This document shows, piece by piece, positions 1-10,186 of a DNA stretch of 64,000 nt. The notes below the pieces were generated by a model that saw only the letters and a program-made list of their open reading frames with translations, was not told the DNA's origin and did not search any database. The DNA comes from Dehalococcoidia bacterium (lineage in GTDB: Bacteria > Chloroflexota > Dehalococcoidia > Bin125). Both the position numbers and the translations under genes were made by a program. The stretch spans positions 283,064 through 347,063 of the forward strand of contig OZ244908.1 of NCBI GenBank assembly GCA_965221705.1, given 5' to 3'. Each line of letters opens with the position of its first letter. Position 1 is the stretch's first letter.

Positions 1-176
1 GGCTGCGGCAGCTCGAACCCGACCCAGGAGAGGTCGCCCTGCCACAGGTGCCAGTCGGAGCGGCAGACGCCGCACGCTTCGACGCGCACGAGCGCGTCTT
101 TGGGTCCAATCACCGGATCGGGGAACTCTCGCACGACCAGCGGCTGGCGCACGCCTTCCATGACGACGGCTTTCAT
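1..176 (-). CDS. Zinc-dependent alcohol dehydrogenase family protein, N-terminal fragment. The gene continues beyond the window start.
   Basis: Minus-strand translation from the ATG at 176 gives MKAVVMEGVRQPLVVREFPDPVIGPKDALVRVEACGVCRSDWHLWQG. This includes the GxCRSDxH zinc-binding signature of medium-chain dehydrogenases/reductases. A GGAGGG Shine-Dalgarno lies 7 nt upstream. Not in the ORF track because it is truncated. Confidence 0.6.
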   Translation of the reverse strand, partial: MKAVVMEGVRQPLVVREFPDPVIGPKDALVRVEACGVCRSDWHLWQGDLSWVGFELPQ

Positions 177-236
177 CTCGGTATCCCTCCTAGGTTCGAC
201 GCATCGGCGTCGAGGCCTGTCCCATGTGCCGTCATC

Positions 237-893
237 CTACTCATTTGCGGAAGACCAGATGCAGACTGCCTCAGGATCGAGCAGCTGAGGACGACCAACC
301 TGGATGGACTCGGAGACGACGTACACGTTCATCGCCGAGTTGAACCGCACGCGGCGTTGGACTGATCCGAGAGGCAAGGCCAACACGGCGTCGTCGTCGA
401 CGAAGCCGATTGCGCCGTTGGATGTCTGATGATGTCTGATCGGTCGACCTGCTGCTGCGGGCTCGAGACGCTGTCTCAAGTCGTCAACACTGATTGCCGA
501 GCGATCGACGCGCGGGTCGTGTAGGAGTCCCGCCCAGTCCTGCTCGGGCCAACCGTCGAGCAGGAGTCGATCGACTTCCTGAACGGTCGAGCGTTGAGCT
601 TCGATTGCGATCTCGCGCGGCAGTGGGATCACATAACGCCGCGCCCGCTCGACCTGTTGCCAGGTGAACTGAAATGTCCAGCGCTTGATCAGCGATGCAG
701 GTTCATCATCGTCCAGGACTGTTGACGGCGCCAGCATGCGTCGCGCCAGGCCGACCGAGTCGCTGATCTGTTCAAGCTCGCCCAACAGAAACGGCAGCAG
801 CGGGTCGTCGGTCGCGGTCATGCATGTTTCCAGGTGGCAGGCGCGGAGGTCAACGGAACGATGGTACTGCGAGCGTCGAGATACCCGCGGCAA
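237..893 (-). CDS. Hypothetical protein. The start may be the internal ATG at 821.
   Basis: 218-aa ORF with no recognisable motif. It lies upstream of the alcohol dehydrogenase fragment on the same strand. Confidence 0.35.
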   Translation of the reverse strand: MPRVSRRSQYHRSVDLRACHLETCMTATDDPLLPFLLGELEQISDSVGLARRMLAPSTVLDDDEPASLIKRWTFQFTWQQVERARRYVIPLPREIAIEAQRSTVQEVDRLLLDGWPEQDWAGLLHDPRVDRSAISVDDLRQRLEPAAAGRPIRHHQTSNGAIGFVDDDAVLALPLGSVQRRVRFNSAMNVYVVSESIQVGRPQLLDPEAVCIWSSANE

Positions 894-911
894 GCGCGGG
901 TATGACGGATT

Positions 912-1178
912 TCTTCTCCTCTCCCCTCCCCTCCGTTCCCCTCTCCCCTCTGGTCCCCTCTCCCCTTCGGGGAGAGGGTTAGGGTGAGGGGGCTCCGCCA
1001 GTTGAGAGGGACCCTCACCCCAGCCCTCTCCCGGAGGGAGAGGGAGTAAGAGAGAAACCTCTCCTGGAGGGAGAGGGAGTGAGAGAGACCTCTCCTGAAG
1101 GGAGAGGGAGCAGGAAGTCCCCTTTCCCCTTTCTGATCCCCTCTCCCCTCTGGGGAGAGGGATAGGGTGAGGGGGCTC
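912..1178. repeat. Composite palindromic intergenic repeat, family 1 copy A. It carries internal 25-bp tandem sub-repeats 'cctctcctggagggagagggagtaagag'.
   Basis: Contains hairpin cccctctcccc/ggggagaggg, then ttagggtgaggggg…ccctcacccc. The same element recurs at 5.8, 9.1, 26.1, 34.7, 45.05, 46.8 and 50.6 kb. Confidence 0.8.
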
Positions 1179-1964
1179 CTAGCGGAACACAGGATCCCGC
1201 TTCTCAAAGAAGGCGGCCATGCCTTCTTTGGCCTCGGGACGACGCGCGGCGGCTGCGATCTCTCTCGTCTCAAGCTCCATCTGCGACTCCAGGCCCTCGC
1301 GCCAGGATGAGTGATAGAGCCGCTTGGCCGCGCCGATCGACTCGGTGGGCCCGGCCGCGAGCTGCGCGGCCAACGCTTGCGCCTCGGACTGCAACTCGTC
1401 GGCCGGCACGACCCGATTGACCAGTCCCCAGTTCTCGGCCTCCTGCGCCGAGAGCATGCGATTGGTCAGACAGAGTTCGAGCGAACGGCGCAGGCCGACC
1501 AGTCGAGGCAGGAAATAGGTCGAGGAACCGTCGGGCGTCAGCGCAATCCGCGAGTAGGCCATCGTGAAGCGAGCCGAATCGGCCGCGAGCGCGAGATCGC
1601 CGATCAGCGCTAGACTCATGCCCGCGCCGGCCGCTGTGCCGTTGATGGCGCAGATCATCGGCGCGTCCATGCGCGTGAAACGCGAGACCGCGGCGTGCAG
1701 ATACGTGGTTAACTCCTTGATTCGCGTCGACATCTCCGGACCGGCGGGCGGAAAGTCCTTGAGGTCGGCGCCAGCGCAGAACATGCGGCCCTCGCCGGTC
1801 AGGACGACGGCGCGCACCGACGGGTCCTCATCGACCCGAATCGACACGTCCATCAGTTCCCGGCCCATCTGCATCGTCAGCGAGTTGGCCGCCTCCGGCC
1901 GACGCAGCGTGATCGTCGCGACGCCGTCGGCTACCTCGTAGCCCATCGTTTCGTACTCGGACAC
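1179..1964 (-). CDS. Enoyl-CoA hydratase/isomerase (crotonase family)
   Basis: Crotonase-fold motifs are present (FCAGADL, oxyanion-hole region ICAINGTAAGAGMSLAL). 261 aa. Confidence 0.85.
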   Translation of the reverse strand: MSEYETMGYEVADGVATITLRRPEAANSLTMQMGRELMDVSIRVDEDPSVRAVVLTGEGRMFCAGADLKDFPPAGPEMSTRIKELTTYLHAAVSRFTRMDAPMICAINGTAAGAGMSLALIGDLALAADSARFTMAYSRIALTPDGSSTYFLPRLVGLRRSLELCLTNRMLSAQEAENWGLVNRVVPADELQSEAQALAAQLAAGPTESIGAAKRLYHSSWREGLESQMELETREIAAAARRPEAKEGMAAFFEKRDPVFR

Positions 1965-2051
1965 TGTTGGATTCCTTCGCTAGTGTGGACTCAGGCGAGC
2001 CGGCTCGCTCGCAGCGTACCGCTCGCTGACACGCCCACGAGGAGACGCCTG

Positions 2052-2825
2052 ATGACAGTAGCCGATACGCGCGATGTCAGGATCGATACGGTCCACGGCG
2101 AGCTGACCGCGGCGCTGGCCACACCGGACAACGATGCCGAACCCGCTCCCGGCGTGATCGTGCTGCACGAACTGTTCGGGCTCAACAACGACATACGGCG
2201 CATCACGCGCCGCTTCGCCGAGCACGGCTACGTCGCCCTGGCGCCGAATCTGTACTCCGTTGGACCTTGGCTCAGGCCGCTCTGCATTATGCAGACGATG
2301 AATCAGTTGCGCGCAGGCGAGGGTCGGTCGTTCGACGTGATCGAGTCGGCTCGCGCCTGGCTGGCGAGTCGCGACGACGTCGACGCAACGCGGCTCGCCG
2401 CCGCCGGATTCTGTTTGGGCGGCGGATTCGCGATGCTCTACGCGGCGCGCGCGCCGTTGGGCGCGGCGGCGGTGTTCTACGGACGCGCGCCGCGCAATGC
2501 GAACCGGCTCGATGGCATTTGCCCTGTGTACGGAGCGTTCGGCGAGCGCGATACGATCGCCGCCGGTCAGGCCGACCGCCTGAGAGGACACTTGGAGCAG
2601 CTGGGCGTCGAGCATGAGATCACGGTGTTTCCAGACGCCGGACACTCGTTCATGAGTCAGTACGACGGCATCCAGGGGTTCTTCGTCGAGCGATCGCGGC
2701 GGACGATCGGCTACCACGCCGAGTCCGCCGATCGGGCCTGGCCGGAGATGCTTGAGTTCTTTGCGCAACACCTCGGCCAGGTTCCCAGCGAAGAGTCGGG
2801 AACATCACACGAGGCCGATGCGTAA
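2052..2825 (+). CDS. Dienelactone hydrolase family protein (carboxymethylenebutenolidase-like)
   Basis: Has a GFCLGG nucleophile elbow and a catalytic His near the C-terminus (DAGHSF). The start is the ATG at 2052 inside the longer track ORF. Confidence 0.8.
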   Translation: MTVADTRDVRIDTVHGELTAALATPDNDAEPAPGVIVLHELFGLNNDIRRITRRFAEHGYVALAPNLYSVGPWLRPLCIMQTMNQLRAGEGRSFDVIESARAWLASRDDVDATRLAAAGFCLGGGFAMLYAARAPLGAAAVFYGRAPRNANRLDGICPVYGAFGERDTIAAGQADRLRGHLEQLGVEHEITVFPDAGHSFMSQYDGIQGFFVERSRRTIGYHAESADRAWPEMLEFFAQHLGQVPSEESGTSHEADA

Positions 2826-2882
2826 CGTTGGTAACCACAAATCGGCCGTGGCACGGGCGACGGCCAACAGGAGGAAACGAAG

Positions 2883-3770
2883 ATGAGCATCCACGCAATT
2901 CGCACAGTTCGAGTGACTGCCGGTCGGGCGCTGGCGTTGCTGGCCCTGACCGCGTCGCTCTTGACGATTGGCCTGCTCAGCGTCAGTGCGCAGTCGTCCG
3001 GCGAGGACGACGTCCCCACGCCCGTGCTGATCAGCGAGCCCGTAGAGGAGTCGTTGACCAAACTAACGATCGAAGGCTCAGCCGCTCGCAGCGTCAGCTA
3101 CGACGGCACGATCGGACGATTCACCGTCAGCGTGCTCGGATCGACAGTGCTCGAGGCGGTCTCGGAGGGCAACACCGCCGTCAACGCGATCGCCGACGCG
3201 GTGGCCGAGAACTGCACGGTCGACGAGCCCGAGACGGCCGATCACACCGCCGACCCCACATGCATCTCGCCGGAGGGTCTGCGCACGACGCGGATTCGAA
3301 TCTACGAAGAGTACGACTGGACCGAGCGCGGCCGCGTCTCGCAGGGATTCCGTTACGAGAACGGTCTGAGCATCGAGATTCGCGGCACCGGATTCGCCGG
3401 CGGACTGGTCGATCTGGTGATCCGCGCCGGCGGCAACCACGTCCGATTCGATGGTCTCGACTTCACCACGTCACGCCGCGCTGAGACTGAGCGTCTGACG
3501 CAGCTGGACGCCATCGACGACGCGCTCGCCCAGGCTGACTCGATCGCCTCGCACATGGGCTACGAAGTCGTGCGCATCGTCGAGGTCAACCCGCTGGGCA
3601 GTTTCACGCCGGGCGAGGTGCTGCGCGCCGAGGTTGAAGAGGCGGCCGCCGATTCGTCGGTTCCAACGCAGGTCTTCGCCGGCGGCGAGTCGATCAGCGC
3701 TCGCGTGCAGATCGTGTTCGAGCTGCGCGAACTGCCTCCGGCGCCGCCCGAGGAACCCGAGGCTGAGTAA
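2883..3770 (+). CDS. SIMPL (DUF541) domain secreted protein
   Basis: N-terminal signal peptide. The SIMPL-like core carries GYEVVRIVEVN. An AGGAGGAAACGAAG Shine-Dalgarno precedes the ATG. Confidence 0.65.
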   Translation: MSIHAIRTVRVTAGRALALLALTASLLTIGLLSVSAQSSGEDDVPTPVLISEPVEESLTKLTIEGSAARSVSYDGTIGRFTVSVLGSTVLEAVSEGNTAVNAIADAVAENCTVDEPETADHTADPTCISPEGLRTTRIRIYEEYDWTERGRVSQGFRYENGLSIEIRGTGFAGGLVDLVIRAGGNHVRFDGLDFTTSRRAETERLTQLDAIDDALAQADSIASHMGYEVVRIVEVNPLGSFTPGEVLRAEVEEAAADSSVPTQVFAGGESISARVQIVFELRELPPAPPEEPEAE

Positions 3771-3789
3771 CGCTACTGACTACTGGGCG

Positions 3790-5754
3790 CTAGCTCGCTG
3801 CGGCGGCGGCCTCGGCCTGCTGCCGCACTTGCTGCGCGACGTGCTCGGGCACCTGGTCGTAGCGCTCGAACTGCCAGCTGAAGGTGCCTCGACCGCCGGT
3901 CATCGAGCGCAGGTCCGTGGCGTAGTGCAGAAACTCCGCCATCGGACCTTCGGCGATCACAACCGACGCGCCAGGCGGTTCGTCCGCCGGCTCCATGCCC
4001 AACACCCGCGCGCGGCGCGAGTTGAGGTCGCTGATGATGTCGCCGGTCGACGATTCAGGCGCCGTGATCCGCAGCGAGTGCACCGGTTCGAGCAAAATCG
4101 GCCGCGCCGATGACACGCTCTCCTTGAGCGCCTGCGAGGCAGCCAGCTTGAAGGCCATCTCTGACGAATCGACATCGTGGTGCTTGCCGTCGTAGAGCGT
4201 CACGCGCAGGTCGGTGAGCGGGAACGCGCCGCGTGGCAGCGATTCGACGACGCCCTTCTCCACCGCCGGAATGTAGTTGCGCGGCACCGCGCCGCCGACG
4301 ATTTCGTCCTGGAACTCGAACCCGGCGCCGCGCGGTTGCGGCTCAACGCGCAGCGCGACGCGAGCGTACTGTCCGCTGCCGCCGGTCTGTTTCTTGTGCA
4401 GATACTCGGCCTGGCCGACGCTCGTGACCGTCTCGCGGTACGGGACGCGTCGATCCTTGATGTCGACCTCGACGTGGAACTTGCTCGCCAAACGACCAGC
4501 CGAGAGCTGCACGTGCGACTCGCTGAGACCGCTCAGGATCGTCTCGCCCGAGTCGCGGTCACGCTCGATCTGCAGCGTCGGATCGCTCTCAACCAGTCGC
4601 GCCAACGACGGCCCGAGCTTGTCGACATCGGCCTTGGTCTTGGGCTCGACGGCGGCTGCGAAGATTGGCGCTGGCATCGGCGGCTCGGGAACGAGCAGCG
4701 ACGATCCCTTGGCGCGCAGCGTGTTGAACGTCGTCGTGTGCTGCAGCTTGGTCACGACGCCGATATCGCCGACGCCCAACTCGCTGACGGCGGTCAGCGC
4801 CTTGCCGCTGGCGCGCGACAGGTTCGCCAGGCGTTCGTCCTCGCCCGTTTGGGCGTTGTCGAGGTGATCGTCGGAGTTGATCGCGCCTGACACGACGCGC
4901 AGATACGAGAGTCGACCGACGAACTCGTCGGCTGTGGTCTTGAACACGAACGCGCCGGCCTGGCCGTCGTCTTCGATGCCCTCGGCGATCGGCGGCGCCT
5001 CCGAAGGACTGGGCAGTACGTCGTTGATCAGGCGCAGCAGCTCGTCCGAGCCGACGCCCGCGGTCGCCGAGACCGGCAGCGCCGGCGCCAACGATCCAGC
5101 CAGCACCGCGGATTTCAGCGCGGCACGCAGGTCGTCCTCCTCGATCGCTTCGTCTTCCAGGTAGAGCATCATCAGGTCTTCGTCTGACTCGACGATCCGC
5201 TCGATTAGTCCATCGCGACCCTCGGCATCGGCGTCGCCGAGCACATCGACGAGCTCCGAGAACTCGGCCTCAGCGGCGTTCGGCAGGTACAGCGGCTGAC
5301 ACTCGGAACCGAGAATCGACTGCACCGACGCCAGCGCGTCATCGAACGACGAGTTCTCGCGGTCGAGTCGTGAGATCGCCACCGCGCGGGGAATGCCGCG
5401 CTTGCCCGCCATGCGCCAGACCGTCTCGGTGCCGACCTGCACGCCCGAGGAGGCGTCGACGACGACGATCACGGCATCGACGACGGCGACTGAGGCGACG
5501 ACCTCGCCGACAAAGTCGGCGTAGCCGGGGGTGTCGAGCAGGTTAAATCGCACGCCGTCGTGCTCGAGCGAGACGAGTGACGTCGAGATTGACATACCGC
5601 GCTGTTGTTCTTCGGCGTCGTGGTCTGAGATCGTGTTGCCTTCTTCGACGCGTCCCAGTCGCGTCGCCGCGCCGGTCGCCAAAGCCAGCGCCTCGACCAG
5701 CGTCGTCTTGCCCGATCCCTGGTGCCCAACCACGCCCACATTACGAACAGCCAT
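3790..5754 (-). CDS. Elongation factor G paralog (translational GTPase)
   Basis: G1 GHQGSGKTT, G3 DTPGYADF, plus EF-G domains II-V. At 654 aa it is shorter than canonical FusA. Confidence 0.85.
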   Translation of the reverse strand: MAVRNVGVVGHQGSGKTTLVEALALATGAATRLGRVEEGNTISDHDAEEQQRGMSISTSLVSLEHDGVRFNLLDTPGYADFVGEVVASVAVVDAVIVVVDASSGVQVGTETVWRMAGKRGIPRAVAISRLDRENSSFDDALASVQSILGSECQPLYLPNAAEAEFSELVDVLGDADAEGRDGLIERIVESDEDLMMLYLEDEAIEEDDLRAALKSAVLAGSLAPALPVSATAGVGSDELLRLINDVLPSPSEAPPIAEGIEDDGQAGAFVFKTTADEFVGRLSYLRVVSGAINSDDHLDNAQTGEDERLANLSRASGKALTAVSELGVGDIGVVTKLQHTTTFNTLRAKGSSLLVPEPPMPAPIFAAAVEPKTKADVDKLGPSLARLVESDPTLQIERDRDSGETILSGLSESHVQLSAGRLASKFHVEVDIKDRRVPYRETVTSVGQAEYLHKKQTGGSGQYARVALRVEPQPRGAGFEFQDEIVGGAVPRNYIPAVEKGVVESLPRGAFPLTDLRVTLYDGKHHDVDSSEMAFKLAASQALKESVSSARPILLEPVHSLRITAPESSTGDIISDLNSRRARVLGMEPADEPPGASVVIAEGPMAEFLHYATDLRSMTGGRGTFSWQFERYDQVPEHVAQQVRQQAEAAAAAS

Positions 5755-5826
5755 CGCAGAATCCTCCGAACCGACGCGCCAGATGTGACTCAGGTTAACT
5801 GATGCTCAGCGTGGGCCCACACGCCG

Positions 5827-6040
5827 ACCCTCTCCTTCTCGGATCCCCTCTCCCCTCGGGGAGAGGGTGAGGGTGAGGGGGCGCCCCGCCAACTTCGGAG
5901 GGACCCTCACCCCAGCCCTCTCCCTGGAAGGGAGAGGGAGTAAGAGGCCCCCTCTCCCTGGAAGGGAGAGGGAGTAAGAGGCCCCCTCTCTTTGGAAGGG
6001 AGAGGGGGTAAGAGAGGGGGAGGGTGAGGGGCGGCCCGCA
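5827..6040. repeat. Family 1 composite palindromic repeat, copy B, with 3 tandem sub-repeats
   Basis: Same hairpin architecture as 912-1178. Lies between the EF-G-like start and the recJ stop. Confidence 0.8.
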
Positions 6041-6054
6041 GGGGAGCAGTTGAG

Positions 6055-7764
6055 CTACACGGCGAGGTCGATGATCTCCAGCTCCGGTCGACCTTGTAGA
6101 CCTCGGCGCAGACGCCAGACCACATCGAGCTGCGATTGCACCTCGAGCGCGGCGCCGCCCAGACGCCAGCCGATTGCTGACCAGCCGTCGAGGTTGAGTC
6201 GCAGGTGCGCCTGGTCGGCGCCGACCGTCTTCGCCTCGCGCACGGCCACTCCCGTGCTGAGAAACGTGGGCGCGCGATTGCCCTCGCCGAATGGCGCCAG
6301 TCGCTCGATCCAGTCGACGGTCCGCCGCGTTACCGCTGAGAGCGGTACCTGCGCGTCGACGTCGAGCCGTCCCTCGAGCGCCGCCCAAGCGCCCGCCTCG
6401 CCCGCGTCGAGCTGCGCCTGCGCCGCCTCGTTGAGTCTCGCCATGAGCGGGCCCAACTGCGTCGGCTCCGCCGAGAATCCGGCCGCCATCGCGTGACCGC
6501 CGCCGCGTACGAGCAGATCGCGAGAGGCGTCGAGCATGCGCACCAGGTCGAATCCCGCCGCGCTGCGACCCGACGCGCGCGCTTCGCCGTCGACCAGCGA
6601 CCAGACGAAGGCCGGCCGCGACCACTGATCGGCGAGCCGTCCCGCGACGATGCCGACGATGCCGTGGTGCATCCCCTCGCCGCCGACGAACAACACCAGC
6701 GGCGCCTGTCCCGAGGCGTCGAGCTGAGCGCGAATCTGACCCTCGGCCTCGGCCATCGCATCGGCGGTGAGGCGGCGACGTTCGTCGTTAAGCCGCTCCA
6801 GCTGGCCGGCCAGCTCACGGGCCGCGTCGGGCTTCGTCTCGATCAGCATGTCGAGCGCCAATGAAGCATCGTCGAGCCGACCGGCGGCGTTGATCTTGGG
6901 CGCGAGCTGAAATCCGATCGTTTCAGCGTCAAGCGGGGCGGAGCCGCGACGTCCCTGCAGCAGGGCGCGCAGTCCGGGACGCGTCGTCGCCTGCAGCGCG
7001 CGCAATCCCTGATGCACAATCCACCGATTCTCGCCGCGCAGTGGCACGACATCGGCGACCGTCGACATCGCCGCCAGGTCGAGCCAGCGCTCTGGCTCGA
7101 CCGCGGCGCGGCGTCGCTCGACGACGGCGTGGGCGAATCGATACGCGAGTCCGCCGGTCGAGAGCTCGGAGAGTGGATGCCCAGTCGGCGCGAGCTTGGG
7201 CGTCACGATGGCGGTGGCATCGGGCAGCGAGTCGGCCGGTTCGTGATGGTCGAGCACGACGACATCGAGCCCGTGCTCGTCCCGCGCGGCGGCGATTTCG
7301 TTGAGCGCCGTGATCCCGCAGTCAGCCGTGATCAGCACCCGCGACCCGTCGGCGGCGAGCTTCGCGATGGCCGCGTCCTGCAATCCGTAGCCCTCGCGCT
7401 CGCGGTGCGGGATAAACGGCCGCGCGTCGATGCCGACTTCACGCAGCGCCTCGGTCAGGATCGCGGCGCCCGTGATGCCGTCGACGTCGTAGTCGCCGTA
7501 GATCGCGACCGGTTCGCCGCGGTCGGCCGCCGCGCTGATGCGCGAGACGGCCTCGTCCCAGTCGCCCAGTACCGACGGATTGGCTGGCTGGTACCAGTCG
7601 GGATTGAGGAACTCTTGCGCCGCCGGGACCGTGTCGACGCCGCGCTGTCGCAGCAATCTGCCGACGAATGACGGCGCGTCGAGGCCTTCGATCGGCGGCG
7701 CGTCGTGCGACTCGGCGACTCGCCAGGTGCGGCCAAGCCAACCGTCCGAGCGTTCGCGCACCAC
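6055..7764 (-). CDS. recJ: Single-stranded-DNA-specific exonuclease RecJ
   Basis: DHH motifs (AIYGDYDVDGITG, DHHEP) and a DHHA1 region. 569 aa. Confidence 0.85.
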   Translation of the reverse strand: MVRERSDGWLGRTWRVAESHDAPPIEGLDAPSFVGRLLRQRGVDTVPAAQEFLNPDWYQPANPSVLGDWDEAVSRISAAADRGEPVAIYGDYDVDGITGAAILTEALREVGIDARPFIPHREREGYGLQDAAIAKLAADGSRVLITADCGITALNEIAAARDEHGLDVVVLDHHEPADSLPDATAIVTPKLAPTGHPLSELSTGGLAYRFAHAVVERRRAAVEPERWLDLAAMSTVADVVPLRGENRWIVHQGLRALQATTRPGLRALLQGRRGSAPLDAETIGFQLAPKINAAGRLDDASLALDMLIETKPDAARELAGQLERLNDERRRLTADAMAEAEGQIRAQLDASGQAPLVLFVGGEGMHHGIVGIVAGRLADQWSRPAFVWSLVDGEARASGRSAAGFDLVRMLDASRDLLVRGGGHAMAAGFSAEPTQLGPLMARLNEAAQAQLDAGEAGAWAALEGRLDVDAQVPLSAVTRRTVDWIERLAPFGEGNRAPTFLSTGVAVREAKTVGADQAHLRLNLDGWSAIGWRLGGAALEVQSQLDVVWRLRRGLQGRPELEIIDLAV

Positions 7765-7827
7765 AGCTCTTGAGCTCTTGTGTACTGGCTGCTACTGAAG
7801 CTGAACCGTTATCGCCCGCGAGTCAGC

Positions 7828-9069
7828 TCAGGCATCCCAACGTCGAAACACGAGGCAGGCGTTGTGTCCGCCGAATCCCATTGAGTTGGAGATTGCGACG
7901 CGCACATCTCGCTCGCGGCTGGTGTTCGGCGTGTAGTCGAGGTCGCAGTCGGGATCGGGATTGACAAGATTGATCGTCGGCGGGATCTGTCCGCGGCGGA
8001 TCGCTTCGACCGTCGCGAGCGCTTCGAGCGCGCCTGCTGCGCCGAGCAAGTGCCCGGTCATTGACTTGGTCGACGAGACCGATACCTCATAGGCCGACTC
8101 GCCCAGCACGCTCTTGATCGCCATCGTCTCGAACTTGTCGTTGAGCGGCGTCGATGTGCCGTGCGCGTTGACGTAGTCCACTTCCGAAGGGTCGACGCCA
8201 GCGCGTTCAAGCGCGCTCGACATCGCGCGCACGCCGCCGTCACCGCCTTCGGCGGGCTGAGTGATGTGGTAGGCGTCGCCGACTGAGGCGTAGCCGCTGA
8301 GTTCAGCGAAGATCTCCGCGCCGCGGGCGATGGCATGGTCGGCGCGTTCAATCACCATCACCGCCGCGCCCTCGCCCATCACGAACCCATCGCGTTCGGC
8401 GTCAAAGGGACGCGAGGCCGTCTGCGGGTCGTCGTTGCGCGACGACAACGCCCGCGCCGAGGCGAATCCGGCCACGGCCATTTCGCAGAGCGGCGCTTCC
8501 GCGCCGCCGACGACCATGACGTCCGCTTCCTGGCGTCGAATCGTCTCTGCGGCCAGGCCCAGCGCATCGGCGGCCGACGAACAGGCCGACATCGGGGCCA
8601 GGTTCGGTCCGCGCGCCTGCAGCGCAATGGACACCTGGCCCGAGCCCATGTTGGGCAGCATCATTGGCACGGCGAAGGGCGACACCCGATCGGGTCCGCG
8701 CGAGTCCATGATGCGGAACTGTTCCTGGGTCGTCGCGATCCCGCCGATGCCCGTGCCGATCATCACGCCGACGCGGTCTGAACCGTCGAAGCCGTCGTCG
8801 AACCCGGCGTTGGCCGCCGCCTCTTGCGAGGCGACTATGGCGAACTGCGAGTATCGATCCATGCGGCGCGCGTCCTTGCGCGGCATGTAATCGTCGGCCT
8901 TCCAGTCGCTGATCTCAGCAGCGAAGCGTACCGACAGTCGAGAGGCATCGAAGATCGAGATCGGCTTCACGCCTGAGCGTCCTGAGACCAGCGATTCCCA
9001 GGTCTCAGCCGCGGTCGCGCCGACAGCCGTGACCGCGCCCATTCCCGTCACCACAATGCGCTCGTCCAT
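7828..9069 (-). CDS. fabF: Beta-ketoacyl-ACP synthase II
   Basis: Active-site Cys context SACSSA. The His/His motifs (HITQP… NAHGTSTP) and GHLLGAAG are present. Confidence 0.9.
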   Translation of the reverse strand: MDERIVVTGMGAVTAVGATAAETWESLVSGRSGVKPISIFDASRLSVRFAAEISDWKADDYMPRKDARRMDRYSQFAIVASQEAAANAGFDDGFDGSDRVGVMIGTGIGGIATTQEQFRIMDSRGPDRVSPFAVPMMLPNMGSGQVSIALQARGPNLAPMSACSSAADALGLAAETIRRQEADVMVVGGAEAPLCEMAVAGFASARALSSRNDDPQTASRPFDAERDGFVMGEGAAVMVIERADHAIARGAEIFAELSGYASVGDAYHITQPAEGGDGGVRAMSSALERAGVDPSEVDYVNAHGTSTPLNDKFETMAIKSVLGESAYEVSVSSTKSMTGHLLGAAGALEALATVEAIRRGQIPPTINLVNPDPDCDLDYTPNTSRERDVRVAISNSMGFGGHNACLVFRRWDA

Positions 9070-9117
9070 ACGTGCCTCCCCAGATCAGTGCAGCCTCAGC
9101 CTACTCCGTCGGAGTCT

Positions 9118-9270
9118 CTGGTCCCCTCTCCCCTTGGGGGAGAGGGTGAGGGGACCGCGCGCAGACCTCAAGGAGGTATGGGACCCTCACCCCAGCCCAC
9201 TCCCAGAGGGAGAGGGAGCCGGAAGTTCCCTCTCCCCACCGGGGAGAGGGTTAGGGTGAGGGGGCCCTGC
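9118..9270. repeat. Family 1 composite palindromic repeat, copy C
   Basis: cccctctccccttgggggagagggtgagggg … ccctcacccc … ccctctccccaccggggagagggttagggtgaggggg. Confidence 0.8.
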
Positions 9271-9281
9271 AAGCGCTGACG

Positions 9282-9680
9282 CTAGCCGCCCGCGGCGGCC
9301 TGACCGTGGGAGTACCACTCCTCGGTTTCCTCGCCTGGCTCGGGCAGCACCATGCCGCCCTCCATCGTCCACTTCGCCGGAGTTTCGGTGATTCGCCCAC
9401 CGACCAGGTCGGCCGAGGCGCCAGTGATCTCGCGGAACGAGTCCAACATCTCATTGAGCAACTGGTCGCGCTGCTCGACCGGTCGACCGGCTCGATTCAT
9501 GCCATCGAGGTAGTACGGCGTGTCGTGCTTCGACTCGTCGCGCTCATTGAACACGACGTGGACGAAACCGCGCGGCGCATTCGTCGAGCCGCAGTGAATG
9601 TCGGTGCAGGCGAGGGCGATTCGCGCTCGTTGCTCATATGTGACCGAGTCGGCGGGGACAGTCCAGCGGTAGAGCGGCAT
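9282..9680 (-). CDS. Tautomerase superfamily protein (4-oxalocrotonate tautomerase-like, extended)
   Basis: Begins MP (catalytic Pro-1). The 4-OT-like N-terminal pattern is MPLYRWTVP…EQRARIA…VHVVFNE. Start set at the internal ATG at 9680. Confidence 0.5.
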   Translation of the reverse strand: MPLYRWTVPADSVTYEQRARIALACTDIHCGSTNAPRGFVHVVFNERDESKHDTPYYLDGMNRAGRPVEQRDQLLNEMLDSFREITGASADLVGGRITETPAKWTMEGGMVLPEPGEETEEWYSHGQAAAGG

Positions 9681-9818
9681 CGTCGATGCTTCCAATCCAG
9701 TGCGTTCGCGCGTCTTGCCTACAGGATAGGGACTTCGAGAGCGGTCAGGCATCCAAGGCGGTTTCTGGCGGGTCCGCGAACGAGTCGGGGACTGCACAGG
9801 CCCGCAATCTGTCGCGGA

Positions 9819-10145
9819 CTAGACGTCCGCGGCGGAGACGACCAGCTCATCGACCGTGCAGCCACTGACGTCCATCCACATGTCGCAGATGCGGCGCATC
9901 AGGTCCTCACGGATATCTTGCGTCACGCCGCCGACGATCGCGGCGCGAACGAGCGATGTCGTGGATGGTTCGCCCGCGCGAAATCCGAATCCGCTGGGAA
10001 TGTCAGTGAATCTGACTGGTATCTCGCTCGCGTCCTCACCGAGTACGTCTTGCGCGATATCGCATAGCCGAGCGGCCAGTTGCTCTCGCGTATCGGCGTT
10101 GATCTGACCCTCTTGCATTGTGCAGTTGAAACTGACTCGCGGCAT
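9819..10145 (-). CDS. 4-oxalocrotonate tautomerase family protein
   Basis: Begins MPRVSF… with EQLAARLCDIAQDVLG…IPVRFTDIP. Typical 4-OT length and pattern. Confidence 0.6.
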   Translation of the reverse strand: MPRVSFNCTMQEGQINADTREQLAARLCDIAQDVLGEDASEIPVRFTDIPSGFGFRAGEPSTTSLVRAAIVGGVTQDIREDLMRRICDMWMDVSGCTVDELVVSAADV

Positions 10146-10186
10146 CTGAACATCCCTCTCCGACGTGGCCTGCTCGTAGGTCGATT

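Noticed and set aside
818-1273. ORFs spanning the family-1 repeats that encode 'PLSPLGERVRVRG…'. The same applies to 5795-6625 and 5907-6125, 9029-9279, and 26147-26362 and 26321-26611.
   Set aside because: They lie entirely within palindromic repeat copies. The 'proteins' are low-complexity products of GGGAGAGGG/CCCTCACCCC arms in both orientations.
1983-2051. N-terminal extension of the dienelactone hydrolase from the GTG at 1983.
   Set aside because: The extension is Arg-rich and overlaps the enoyl-CoA hydratase promoter region. The ATG at 2052 gives a conventional N-terminus for the family.
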